Part shown: positions 12,901 to 26,712 of the stretch, one piece after another
Layout of the letters: each line of letters opens with the position of its first letter
Numbering within the stretch: position 1 is the stretch's first letter
NCBI GenBank assembly: GCA_012295275.1
Contig: CM022665.1
Location: 2,418,001 to 2,482,000, forward strand
Direction: 5' to 3'
Length of the DNA: 64,000 nt
From: Chrysomallon squamiferum
Taxonomy: Eukaryota > Animalia > Mollusca
Notes under the pieces: generated by a model
The model's database searches: none
What the model was told of the DNA's origin: nothing
What the model saw: only the letters and a program-made list of their open reading frames with translations
Translations under genes and position numbers: made by a program

Positions 12901-15373
12901 TAAATTACCAGGTTTTTTCTCCTTCAAACGAGTTTCAAATTCTTTTCCCTGAAAAAAAATAAACCACTTATACACAATACAAAATTTTTATTCATTGATA
13001 ATTATAATTGACACAAAAAACAATTTTGTTTAAGAATAATTTTTCTGAAATTTTGCTAATCAAGGAATTTTAGAAAACTTAAAGTTTAAATTATCAGTTT
13101 ACATTCAGTTCTCTGTGTATGCAATTCTTTTTAGCTGAAAAAAAGTAGGATATTGAGGTAAGCATTTTTTTAAATATTCACATGAGCTGCAACACACACA
13201 CACACACACAAGCACACAGAGTTTATACTCACACATTTAAATTGTAAAAATAAGCAAACCTCGTAATAAAGATCTCCATGAATTGTCATTTTGGGCTTCA
13301 CTTGATGTCTGAAGAAGGCATCATGTAGTTTCTGGTAGTCAATGTCTATTTTACCCATCTTAGGACGAACACGTTCTCTCATCTTAGCCTTCAGTGTCTT
13401 CTGATCTTCCTACATGATCAAAGTGAGAACTTGCATATACACATAACTTATAATAGTCAAAATCTGTGTATGTCACTCATTATGAATTAACTACAACAGT
13501 TGCAAACTAAGCTGTTTGTTACAATGTACCCATTTGTTAATATTTACTCCAAAAATGACAATTTATTACTCTAATTTATTTTTGTTAAGTTACCTTTCAG
13601 AGAGTTTGAAAAAGTAAACAACAGCTTGATACAAAACCAGAAAGTAAATTGTAAGAAGTGCTAAACAAAACATAACGAAAAATTATAGTCTTGAACTTCA
13701 GTATTTAACTCATAAATGACAAAGTGAAATTAAACACAGCCAAGGTTTTCTGTAATTCAGGATACTTGCCATCCAGGCTTTTTTGTGGGTTTTTTATACT
13801 AATAATCTTAATACACAAGACTAAATAAAAACAAATAATAATAAACTCTGTTATAATAAATTAACAAGAGAGAATAAAATGTTAACTTTTGAGATTGTAG
13901 TAGTTAAAAGAAGTCTGCTTTCAGTGAATGACTTGAAAACAAACCTTCTCAGCCAGTGCAGCTCTCATCTCTTCAATTCCAGTTGCCTTAATAAAATCAG
14001 GCAGCTCAAACGGTTGTTTCTCAATTCCTCTCTTCCCTTGCAAGTATTTTCTCTTGTAACACCAGTGTCGAGGAACAGGAACAGTGTTCCTTGTTGCCTG
14101 AATACAAATAAAAAAATGTTCATTTAATCTCATACAAACATGAATAGATATTAAATCAGAAACAAAGCAGAACGCGAAAAAAGAAGAAAATGAAAAATAC
14201 TGACCATGTTAAATATTATTATTTATTTATTTATTTACTCAGGCTGTTTTTGAATGTGTATGAATTAATAATAGGTTATTAATAAAAAAAAAAATGAATA
14301 ATAAATGAATTTAAATATAAAACACTGTCTATAACTATTCTACTGAACAGGTAACAGTTGAAAAGAAAAAACTTACTTTCAACTGCACCAACAATCGAGG
14401 GTCTCTGGCAGTTACATCATGCATTTCTACAACATCAGGTCGAGTCACCAGCTGAAAGAAATAAATCAGAATTTATTAAAAAAATTAAATATTAACAACA
14501 ATCAACATTCCTTGTTCCTGAATCAAACTATATGGTTCTTTTATTTCTCACAACAGTTTGGTGATGTTGATATTCAATCAATATTTAATTACAGTGGCAC
14601 ATCATGCTACTTATCAACTGTTGATATTCTTCTGCCAATATACAGTAACATACACAATTTGAATACCATTTCTCACTAATCTTAATAATTATACTATCTT
14701 ATATAACTAATTTACATGAGATTATTTATTAAAAACAACAATAATACAATATGTTTAAATGATAATAATTTTTATTATATCTAATAACAATATTTAAAAT
14801 TTAAGAGTGTTTAATAAGATATTGAAATTCTTACTTGTTTTAGCTGAGCAACACTAAGTCGAGTTAGTTTTTTTAATCTTTTCTTTGAAATTTTTGGAAC
14901 GTTATCTTCACGCAGTACATCCTAGAAAAAATATTTCAATTTTATTAAAAAAAAAATGTATTAGTGAACTCATTCAAGGAAACATTTCAACAGTGAGATA
15001 AATTTTTAAACATAAATAACTAATGCTGTTAAAAATAAAAGACCTGCTTTTATAAATGAAAACCAAGCAGAAAATGTTAAATTATTTATGAAAAAGAATT
15101 AACGAATAATATGTTCTTCAATTAAAAAACAAAAAAAAACAAAAAAAAAACTTATGATAACGATACTGAGTTACTTAAGTGTACTCATTCATTTTATAAA
15201 ACTAAAAAGTTTTTCTTATTAACTTCTTCATCGTCATCGTCGTCATCATCATCATCGTCATTCTTTTCTGTTTCTTTCTGTTTGGCTTCTTGGGCCTTTT
15301 TGATGTCTTCCTCTGCTTTCTTCTGTTCCGACCTAGATGAATCCTTGGGTTTTTCTGGCTCAGCAATCTGCCA

Positions 15374-15443
<70 letters not shown>

Positions 15444-18400
15444 GTAATAATAATAATAATACTCGTAAAGACAATATGGAAAATTAATAGTAGTAATAAT
15501 TCTGGTAATTATAATAATTTTCAAACTTTGGGTAGATGAATGACAAATTAAAAAAATAATAATAATATAAAAAAAAGAAATCACAGATAAAAATTAAATA
15601 AATTTTGAGATAACCTTACACTGTGAAGAACAATACTATACTATGTGATAAAATTAAACCTATTAAACCAAAAATTTAAGAACTATTTTCAGTGGTTTAT
15701 TTATTTACCTTAAAAGCCTCAAATATCATAGCAAATGTATGATAACTGGGATCTGTGGGTTCTAGATCAAGCTGTTCCTGTACATATCTGGAAAAAATAT
15801 TTTAACAAAATTTTTATTAAGAAATCTTGTCTTACTCGAAGTTAGCAAATAAATAAATATTTTTACATATCACATTCATTAGAATTAAATTTAATACTGG
15901 GATGCTGCAAATGTACAAATTAAAGTTTAAAAAAAAAAAAAAGGATTAAGTGACAGTTTCAGATTAATAACCATATTGAAAACCTAAAACAATATTTGTC
16001 TAAACAATTTCATGTGAAATTAAAATATATACATGTATCTGTGCATTTATTAACAAGAAAATTGGGTTTCTTAACGAAGGTGCCATCACAATATCTTTTC
16101 AGCAAATCTGAGACTGAATTTCATTTCAAACACAAAGCACTGAAAAATTACTGTAATTTTTAATCAATTTGTTTTCAGTATATTTACCACTAAGAATGAG
16201 TGTTTTCTGAGAAAACAATTTATAAAAATGATAATCCCCTACAACATTTGTAACTTAAACTCTCCCTTATCAGTACAACATGGTTTTAAAATACTAATTC
16301 ACAACTTCACTTAATTCCTAATAGGAAATACACTGAGAAAATAAGTTAAACACTAACTCTATCTGTATATGTTCTTCTTCTTCTTTATTACTGTCCTCAA
16401 TCTCCATAGCTTTCTTCTGTTCCTGAACTCTACTCCTCTTCGCCTTCTTCTTCTTCTTCTTCCTCTTCTTATTTTTTGACTAAAACAAATAAAATAATGT
16501 TCATGTTTCCATGATTTCCCCACTGTACATTTTTTTTTTTACTGTTGTTTTGCATTTGTAAATCTTAAAACTATGAACACATAAAATCTGAAACCCAATC
16601 AGTTATGTATCTTGAATGCACCATAATTACTTTTTTTTTTTTATAAATTAAAAGGTAAAAAATAAAAATACCAGGAAACAAATATGTATTTATTTAAACT
16701 CACAAAAATATCTCCAGTTTAATGTAATCATAAAAAAAAAAAAAAAAAAAAATAATAATATTAAGATAGATATCATAATAAAAAAATGTAATGTCTTAAG
16801 TAATCCATGAGCTATACCTCTTTCAATGTCTTTGTGGTTTTGGGAATTTCCTCTTCCTCTTCAATAATGTCTGTGATTAATTCCTCTTTCCCTTCATCAC
16901 TGGACTTGTCTGCATTTAGATCATCTGTAAAAAACACCCAACATTTGGTTATTTTACTTAGCTATCACAACATTTGTCAACTTTAATTTTCAGTCATATA
17001 AACAATTCCTGTTTCAGTTAGTGACTCAAAATGGTAATTAAAGGCTTGTTCTTTCCTAATTTTAATGGTCTTTAACCCATAATTATGTCTGAAATATCAT
17101 GACAGATTTGAGAAAACAAGAAAAAAAACATAAAACACCCAAACGTGTTCAATTCATTGTGAAATAAAATATTTCTTCCAAGTTTACATAAAGATCTGAA
17201 CTAAAAAAAAAAAAAAACTTTGAAATTTTAATTTGTATATTTTAAAAGCACCTTCTATGCAAACAGAATATTCTTTGATAAAAGTAATAAAAGTAATGCC
17301 AAAAACAATATAAATAAAGAAATAAAAACTTTTGCTTCTTACCTCCTTTCTCCAGTCTTTCTAACTCTTCTGGACTGACTCCCACTTCTTGAGCACGTAC
17401 ACTCTTGAACTCAAGAACTTTTTCCAGTGCTGATGGTAGACGAAATTCCTTGGGTGGTTCTTGAGGAGGCACCTTCCTTTCTGGGGTTGGTGCTGCATGT
17501 TCATTCTGCCCAGGAGTAAACTTTTCACCCATTCTCTCCCCTTGTGCTGGAGCAACAATTTGTTCAGTGGGAGCTGGCTGTCCAATTCTTTCTACAGGCT
17601 TCGCTCCCATTAGTTCTCCAGGTTGTGTTCCCATCATCTCATGTGGTGGTGGTGGTGGTGGTGGTGGGGGGGGTGGAGGTGGTGCTAGTATTTCTGTGTG
17701 TGTAGTTGGTGGACCAATCCTTTCATCATGGGGTGGTGGAGGTCCCATTCTTTCTCCAGGTGGTGGAGCAGCCACTCTTTCTCCGAGAGGTGGGCCCATC
17801 CTTTCACCCATGGGGTCACCCATAATAACTCTGTCGCCTGGTTGAGGCATTCCAGGAGGGGCATTACTCGACTCATTCTGTGATATAAACAAATTTATTA
17901 TAACACTGTTTTCATTTATTATACAAATTAGCAAAACAAAACCAAAACGATTAAAAAAAGATTAAAAAAAAAAAAATGGGAGGGAGAATTCTAATTATAG
18001 AAAATTCAAGCAATTTATTAAGCAATCATTTTGGTTCTGATTACAACTGCAGTCCCAAATCATCTCATTCCTTTACCATGAAATAACCGTGCACTGAATC
18101 TCCAATAAATGCAGATTTGTAAGATGTTATTCACTTATTACTGTTGTTTAAGCTGTAGACTAACCAGTATTGGCTGAGGAAGTCTCTGTGGCTGAGGAGG
18201 TACAGGCTGTGGAGGCCGCAGCCCCTGCTGTATGCCAGGTGGAGGAGGAGGCATGTGAGGTGGTGGTGGGGGCATCACTCCTTGCGATTGGACAATTGCA
18301 GTCGGCTGTACTCTTGCAGGTATTGTGGTGGCAGGTCCCACCAAGCCAGTGGGTACAGCTTGCTGTGTTGCCACTGGTGGGGGTGGAATAGCAGCCGAAG

Positions 18401-21359
18401 GTGATCCAGGTGGAGCTGTAACTGGCTGCTGAGCTGGTAATAAAGATATTCAACAAATGAGAAAAAAAAAACTAAAAATATCTGCAAAATTACATTTCAG
18501 TTTCTCTGACACTGCTTGGTTTATTAATATTAAACACATATATAAACAATACTGCTATTTACAAACACAAATTCACTATGTTGCTGACATCATTAATACA
18601 CTTCATCACTCAAAACAGCTTGTTTTATTTGTTTTAAAACATTTATTTTAATTATTATAAAGGTTCATTTACAAGTAAACATAATAATGTCTTAAAAATT
18701 TTTTTAAATAGGAAAGATATGAAGATATTTCTTACCAGATTGTTGCTGGGCATCAATCAAAACAATCTGAGTGTGTTGTATCATCTATCAAAACAATAAC
18801 ATTAAGAATAAAAATAAAATTAAAAACAAAGAAAGAACAGAATCATTTTATTTATGGTTATATGTGTTGGATATATCGTAAAAGGCCATTCAGATAATGA
18901 AATGGGTTAATCTTTCTATTTAGCAAATCAACAGGAAGATTTAAAAAAATATCATATTCAGTACAGATAACTGTAAACAATTTAATTTTGAACTATTACA
19001 TCAAATAACTTGAAGAATAAAAATAAAAGAAATATATTTTGTAAAGATAATTATTAAAGGATGTGACAAAAGTTTTAAGTTATCACATCAAACAACATGA
19101 AGAACAGAAAACAGCTATTAAAATTATCTTCTTTCTATAACTAAATTTATATATTTTTCTGAGCTCTCACAAATGATATATATTATCAAAACTCAAAAAC
19201 ACAATATTTCTTCAACAAATTAATAACTTTTTTTTATATAATCTTCTTGACTTAGAAATAGTTATAATAAAAACAAATTAGACACATGTAACAGATAAAT
19301 TAATAAACCACATTTTCAGATTACAAAAAAACACAAAAAAAAACCATTCTGTACAAAAGGATTTACAGTGTCTACCTCCTATTGTACAACCCAAAACTCA
19401 TGGACTTTTGTGTACCCCTCATTCCTAAAACCCATTTTTATCATAGCTGGAAGCTAATAATGATGGTGAAATGGTTACCTGTTGTTGTTCTCGAATCTTT
19501 TCTATCTCAAGCAGCTGCTGCTGCTGCATCACTTTGTGCATGAGTTCAGGACTCATGTCTTCTCTTGGGTGATCAGACCCTTGTTGCTGAATAGTGGCAG
19601 GCTGGCCAGCAGGAGCTGTAATGATATAATAACATCAAATTATTAAAAAAGAAAATTATTAATTCAAACATCAGCATACGTTTATAATTATACTTCTGTG
19701 ACTGTTTGTAAATATCAGTTCTAAGAAAACTGTAAAGTCAGAAAAATCAGCATTAATTAAACACATTTATGCTGCTAAAGCTAGATTTAAAAAAATAGAA
19801 GTTAATTATGTTTCCCAAGTTAATAATTAAATGAAGAAGAATCAGTCTATAATAATGATAACAGAAATGTTAATAAAGCAATATTATTGAATTATTTGTT
19901 ATCATTTATAAAAGAACAAAAAATATGGGTATCATTTTCAATGAAACTGTGAAACATTATCATAAAATATTTTATACATTGATGAGTTTACAAGTGACTT
20001 TAGGTCAGTGACAGTTAAAAATGCATATTCTGTAGCTTTGTTTTTTTATAAGTACTTACAAACATGCAACAAAGAAGTCAGCTACAGTTTTACTTAACTA
20101 AATTAGAAAATGTTCAATCATTAGTGAGTATGCTGTTTGCAATGAATATAACTTAATATTTGGAGCATGAGAAAACTTTAAATAAATGTCTAAAAGGGTC
20201 GAGAAAAAGCTCTATGGGAAACAAATAAATAAATATTATTATTATTATTATTATATCTATGTGTAAGGTAAATTTCTTAAGAGAGAGTTTTATTATGGGA
20301 AACAAACATCAAATTGTACTTTGTTAATATACATCATTATTAATTTATCTGTATGGTAAATGTATGAACCTTCAGGAATGGTAACTGGACAAGGTGCAGG
20401 CTGCTGTATGGGCACTGTTATTGATGGCTGTACTCCTGGTGGGGTCAGAGTAATAGGTCCGGATGGAGGTTGGTGTATAGATATTGAAGGTGATGGCTGG
20501 ACAGCTGCTGGTGGAATTGGAGTTGTCATTGCAGGCTGTACTGTCTGGGGCAGAGTTGTCATTGCAGGCTGTACTGTCTGGGGCAGAGCTGTCTGCTGCA
20601 GTGCTCTTGCTTCCTTCTGACGCTGTTCAACTTCTAGAAGCTGTTGCTGCAACATCACCTTCCTCTGGAGATCTTCATCAAACTACATCAATGGAAAAAA
20701 TGTTAACATTCTGTGATATTGGATATGTAGTAAAAATACAAAAACATAATCTGAAATGTAAGTTCAAAATTTTACTTTATTAATTTTAGGACGAAAAGAA
20801 TTCTGATAATTTTATAACTGTATTTGCATTCATAACAGATAACATATAAAAATATATGGAACCAAATCTCTAAAAACTCAGTTCTTATTAACACTTAATT
20901 TGTGGTTTATTTTTCAAACACTTTTAATAATATTATTTGATTAACTGTTGTCAGGAAGATAAAGAAATAAATCAGAGAACATCTCACCATCTGATGGCCT
21001 GACATCTGCTCATCTTCATCATTGCTATGATCTGAAAAAAAAACACTCAGAAAGTTAAACAAATAAGTTTTATTTCCATAATTAAAAATAACTAATACTT
21101 CTAAATACCTACAGAAACATAACCCAACTGAGAAAAATATTTATAAATTTTACGTCTTCAAAAACAGAAAAGCTGAGAGAGTAATAAGTGTCAGCTAAAT
21201 ATTTAACAAAAAAAATAAAAAATAAAAGAATGTTATTTAACAATTTCTACTAACTGTCACATTCAGTTTAAAATTAAATTCATACAATTAAAAAACAGGA
21301 CCATAAAAAGTAGAGAGTATAAATTTCTATTCACCTCTTAATTCAGTTGGTTCAGTCAT
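9972..21359 (-). CDS. SF3B2: Splicing factor 3B subunit 2 (SAP145), ~22 coding exons
   Basis: Spliced exons give diagnostic peptides: RLPSALEKVLEFK, YVQEQLD..FAMIFEAFK, LTRLSVAQLKQ, VTRPDVVEMHDVTARDPRLLVQLK, ATRNTVPVPRHWCYKRKYLQGKRGIEKQPFELPDFIKATGI, MRERVRPKMGKIDIDYQKLHDAFF, PPPWLIAMQRYGPPPSYPNLKVPGLNAPIP, FGYHAGGWGKPPVD, GLETPSGLTSVPIGVETPEMIELRK, EKEDLSDMVAEHAAKQK, C-terminal KKYKEFKF* (stop 9972-9974). Start codon tentative: ATG at 21359 in a 28-nt exon (21335-21362). Confidence 0.97.
15375..15460. repeat. (AAT)n microsatellite abutting an SF3B2 3' splice site
   Basis: About 28 aat units directly next to the ttggcAG acceptor of the exon starting near 15367 on the minus strand. Confidence 0.9.
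20521..20588 (-). repeat. 33-nt coding tandem duplication in SF3B2 (LPQTVQPAMTT x2)
   Basis: agttgtcattgcaggctgtactgtctggggcag appears twice in tandem, in frame. Confidence 0.9.
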
Positions 21360-22571
21360 TCCCTACAAAAAATATATTTTAAAAATTCAATTATCAGTAC
21401 AAATATTTTAACTATTATTATTCAAATTCAAAACATTTTTCAATCTACCATCTTCTTCTCCAACTAAATTAAAAACAAAATTATTATAAAATAATTTACT
21501 CATTCATTTTTATATATTTAAAGAATATACAATTTCAAGAGATATTACATAAAATATCAACAGATCTAGTAAAACTCCACAGACAAAAAGTTTATATTAT
21601 TTTGAAAATGATTATACTACATTGCTTTATGTGCAAGCTTTAGTCTTGTTACAGTGAATGGAAACTAATGCTTTTCAATCATTTAAATATATATCTATTT
21701 ATTTTATTTGTAATTTATCAACAGTAACTTAATATATATATATATATAAAAAAAAAAAAAAAAAAAAAAAAACTTCTATGGAAATTTGTAACTCTTTGTC
21801 TTGATAATCTGTATTAAAGAAAAACTAATTAGTATAATGTACAGATCATTTCTCTAAAAAGCAGTCACTTTACCACTGGAGAAATTTTGCCAGTCAATTA
21901 TCTAGAATCATCACCAGTTGGGCTGCCACTCACATATCTTTTTCAGATGTATTGGTATATACATTATGTATATGTACTTTTAAATATTACATATATACTT
22001 TACAATATTACATACGATCAAGTAAACATAAATGAAATATTATTTAAAATGTTAAAATTCAATGCAAGTTAATAAAATATAGATATATATAAAAATATAT
22101 AATATACAAATGGCAAAATGTCTAGATAAATGACGGTTAAATTATCTCAAGTGGCAAACATCAGAGGCAAAAATCAATCCAATTGTGCAGACAAGTGTTC
22201 AGCTGAATTACAGGCAAGCTTAACCAACATCTGTAGAAAGAGGATAATACTGAGTTTCTTCTTTTAATGTTTTAGATTATTATGTAAAATATTTATTACA
22301 ATTAACAGCAAAAATTATCAATATACAGGCACGTAACATCAAAGTTTAAACATCAGATTATTGATGTATTGACACTACCTTTGTCTGTTCTATAGCCTAG
22401 TTGATGTAGTAAGTTTGAAACTTTTAAAGCTATGTTATGTACTTACAGATTGAGTAATAAATACAAAATGGATTGTAACATGAAAGCTGTATTTAACAAC
22501 CATATGTAACAATGAGAATTTAGTATATTAAAAAAAAAAAAACATTCTGTATGTCATTATCCAAAGTAAAC

Positions 22572-22572
<1 letters not shown>

Positions 22573-22615
<43 letters not shown>
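22573..22615. repeat. (AAT)n microsatellite
   Basis: Direct reading. Confidence 0.9.
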
Positions 22616-22619
<4 letters not shown>

Positions 22620-23116
22620 TCAATTTCCACAATGAATCTGCGATTATCAGTTGTTATTTTTGCAGCTGTGTGATTGAATCAAACTATTTAGCTTTGCAGT
22701 TTATTAAATTTTTGATGAACGTGCCTACTTAAAAGTTTTTAAAATCACACTGATAATAATTTTTCATCACTGTGATTTAATTCTTCCATTGTACTCTTGC
22801 TGTACAATTGACGACTGTACATGCAAAAAGTTGAAAAACCACGCGCGTTGTCCAAAAATATATTTACTGAAAGCATTAACATTAACGAAATAACATATAA
22901 TAAATATGTAAAACTGTGTTACGTACGTTACTGTAACTTTAATATTACACAGGAACCTGTCGACTGTGCAAAATATTTTAGATGAAACGCTTTATTTAAT
23001 TTTCATTCGACAAAGTAACCATTTTTAAACTAAATGTGTTTCTATATTACGCTTCTTTGTAAATGAACAGTCTACTTTCTTGAAGGGCAAATAACTCACG
23101 AACACATGCAAAAAGT

Positions 23117-25776
23117 ATGGCATCGAAAGGTGGAAAAAGATTAGCAAAGGGCGCTAAAAAAATTGTTCAGAAAGTATATCATCCACCTTTCTTGAAAGTA
23201 GTAATTCCAGCTGGACAAGCAGCGGCAGCACCACCACTTGGCCCACAGCTGGGACAGGTAGAACATACACAAACAGCTAGTGAAGATCGCTTGCATCAGT
23301 AGTGTTATTTCCATTTATAATTATTAAAAAAAGGGCATATCAGAACGACAAACATTAATTATAATTTTTATAATAATGAAACATAATATGTTTTTAAACC
23401 GCATTAAACATGTTTTCAAAAATAATTTAATATCAGTAATGACATTGCGAAAATAATATCTAGAAGATTCTTCACTTAATGATACTAAAAAAAAAAAAAA
23501 AAAAAAAGAAGACTTGTTATACATTAGAACTTGTTAACATGATTTTGAATTTTCTATCATTAGCTAGTGGAAATTTGCTGCTTTTATCTATTAGTAGCAG
23601 TAGATGTGTCATGTAGTTGATGTACATATATTTTCATGGTGCACTTAGTTTTATATTAAATACCGGATGATTTAACAACATTGATTGATCTAAGTGTCTT
23701 TCAGAAGTTGTGCAACATCTTGTGATCAGTAATATATCTCTTAATGTTACATCCAAAATTAATATTGTTTATTATTTACACCAGCCATTGTCTAGATAAA
23801 AGAAATCCCTGTGCACTTGTATAATAACTGTATGAAATAAAAAAATATACATATGTATATACATGCAGGGGCTTGTACACAAAAAAATAGTAGCTTTGGT
23901 AAGCAATGCAGTTTGTGCCACTGTCTAAACTTCTGAAACCCATCTTTCAAAATTCTTTACTTTAAAATTACCAAAAAATACCAGTCAGGTTTAGAAGAAA
24001 ATGCTTGGTTGTTCGAAGTGCATGTGTTATACTTGCCATAAATTAAGCCAGAAATGTTAGGGCACCAAGGCAACTTTAAAATTTAGAACATTTTTACATA
24101 AGTAATTAAGCCCATAGCTAAAAATGTGGCCAATAACTAATCAAAACTATCTTTATTTGAATTAGTCAAATGTAAATGAACTTCACAGCTTTGCACATTT
24201 GGCAGCTGCTGACCTAAGCTCCATAGTCTTGTAAATTTTTAATTCTGAATTTCTGTTTTAAAAGTTAAGATAATAGAGATACCCAAGTGATAAAATACTC
24301 ATCTCGTTCCTTGAAATATGTCATGTAAATAAGGAAGCACTGATGATGCTGACTCATGTAGTTGAGAATTGTTCTGTTGACAGAACTTGTAACACAAAAC
24401 ATTTTTAAAATGCCAAGAAATATCTCTTCTTATAGTTTTTATTGAGTATGGGATTTATGGGAAGGGCCCAGAGGCAAACACTGTATGGCAGTTACAGGGT
24501 GTTATTGCAGTGGGAATTGTCCAAATGTTAAGGGCTGTCATGGTACTTGCCATTGGTTGTGGATAAATTCAAATTACACACACAATACATGTATAAAAAA
24601 TCAAATAAAAAATCATAATAATTAATAAAATGTTATAGTGTTATTTAACAGGAAAACAAAAACAAGGAACCCATTATTTATTATATTATACCTTTTTTAA
24701 TTTACCTTACAAACGTAAAATCATACATGATATAAGTTTCATTTGTTTTTAGGCTTTTCATAGCTTTAGTTAATATTATCTTCATATATATATATACTAT
24801 TTTTACTTATTTATAATTGCAGAGAGGAATTCAGATTGCTGCATTTTGTAAAGATTTTAATGAAAAAACTAAAGATGTCAAGTCAGGTCTGCCTCTCCCT
24901 GCCAGAATTAAAGTCAATGTAAGTAGTAGTTATACTTAGCATAGACATTATTTTATTTTATAAATGATAAGATAATGAAGTGGAAGTTAGTCTCTTTTTT
25001 CTTGTAATTCTATTAATATTTTTCTTTTTTTTACAGCCTGATCGTAGTTTTGACCTTTGTATTCACAAACCAATGACAAGCTATTTTTTAAAGCAGGCGG
25101 CTGGTATTCAGAAGGGAGCCATGAAACCAGGTTTTTTAAATCTGTCATTTTAAAAAGAATGAAAAAATGTTACTTAGATTTGTTTCTTTTTTTTAAATTT
25201 GTAGTTATTATAATTATAATAATTATGAGAAGTTAAAAGATTTTCACATTAATAGTAATAGTGAATACAGTACCTCTCTCTAAATTATAAAATTAAAAAC
25301 AAAATTATTGTTTTTCAAAAGACAAAAACTAAGCAGTTAATACAAGGAAAAAAATTCACAAAATGCTTCGAACATTTATATTTTCTTTTAGTCATTATTA
25401 TTAATTGTAATTATTGTAATTTTTGTTGTTATTTATTTATTATTAATATTAATATTTATTTTTATTTATTTTTTTTTTTTTTTGTAATGTATTAATGTTT
25501 ACCTCTGTTTCAGGACAAGAAGTTGCAGGAAAAGTCTCACTGAAACATGTTTATGAAATTGCAAAGATTAAAAGTGAGGATCCAACTTTTGAAAATTGGA
25601 AACTGGAAAATGTATGCAAGTCAATAATAGCGCAAGCACATTCACTGGGTATTGAAGTTGTTAGAAGCCTCGATGCACAGGAATATTCTAAATTTCTTGA
25701 CGAACGTCAACAGATTGTTGCTCAGCAAGAAAGGGAACTTGAGGAACAAAGACAAGCAAAAATGTTACGGTTATAA
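23117..25776 (+). CDS. MRPL11: Mitochondrial ribosomal protein uL11m; exons 23117-23257, 24823-24918, 25037-25130, 25514-25776
   Basis: Peptides [18 protein letters not shown]|[27 protein letters not shown]|[32 protein letters not shown]|[23 protein letters not shown] are hallmark L11 motifs; phases join correctly across GT-AG introns. Confidence 0.97.
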
Positions 25777-26712
25777 TTTTAGATCAACATTTAACTGAAA
25801 ATTGGTGGAATCATTTTTTTCAGTTACCTAAAATTGTGTCTTGCTGTACTAACCAGTCTGAATGTTGAAAATATTATTTTTGTGATTAAATATAATGTGT
25901 CAAGTAGAATAACTTTCACATTTGAGAGGTTTGTAGAACCTAATGTGTTTTTCTTGAAATATTCAAAAATATTTTAGAAAAGAAATAGACTAATAAAACA
26001 TATTGTTTGTACAATGCGTTGCTTTCTTATTTCATTTGGTTCACATTATCCATTTAAATTTTTTAATTACGATGCTGTATGCTAACCTAACATATAAATT
26101 ATGTTTTTAGCAAAGTATGTTATAATATTTTTTATCTGTCAAAATGTTTACCAATTACCAAGGTCTGTTAACTTGCTGAGCATTGTAAACTATCACTGTA
26201 TCAGTGATTCAATTTGTAGATAGTTTTCATTTATATTTCTAATACTTTACCAATATTGAAGACTCAATATGTAATATGTGCTGAAAGTATTAATAAAATG
26301 GTAATAGAACTTGAAATTTTTTCTTTTTTGTTAATAAACTGTTAGAACAACATCCATTTTTAGTAAAATTCACTATGTAACATAATTATTAGCCAGTGAA
26401 ACAAAACAAAAAAAGCAAGTTATTTTCAAATACGTTTACTGCAGAAAAAAACCCCATGAACTAATAAAAATTAATGTTCTCTATTTACAGTTTCAATTTT
26501 ATTACATAAACTTTCATAAAAGTACATGGTACCAAACAAGATATTTAAAAAAATTTAAACATAATATATTTTGCTTACCATTTTTTTATCCTTTCAGGGT
26601 AACTGCACATAAATACATAATTAATTTCTAAAAACACTGACAAACAATACTAACATTCTTTTTTACATTTGCATGTTAACTCATAACTAAACAGATTTTA
26701 TAACAAAGATAT

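Noticed and set aside
15202-15584. Poly-L, poly-I and poly-Y ORFs
   Set aside because: Translations of the (AAT)n microsatellite; the true SF3B2 exon is ~15223-15367 read in the IAEPEKPKD frame.
17361-18487. Multiple overlapping ORFs on both strands
   Set aside because: Shadow frames of GC-rich Pro/Gln-coding SF3B2 exons.
22640-22770. GTGATGA...CTGA pair in the SF3B2 5' region as an intronic snoRNA
   Set aside because: No terminal stem or recognisable rRNA/snRNA guide; such short motifs are frequent by chance.
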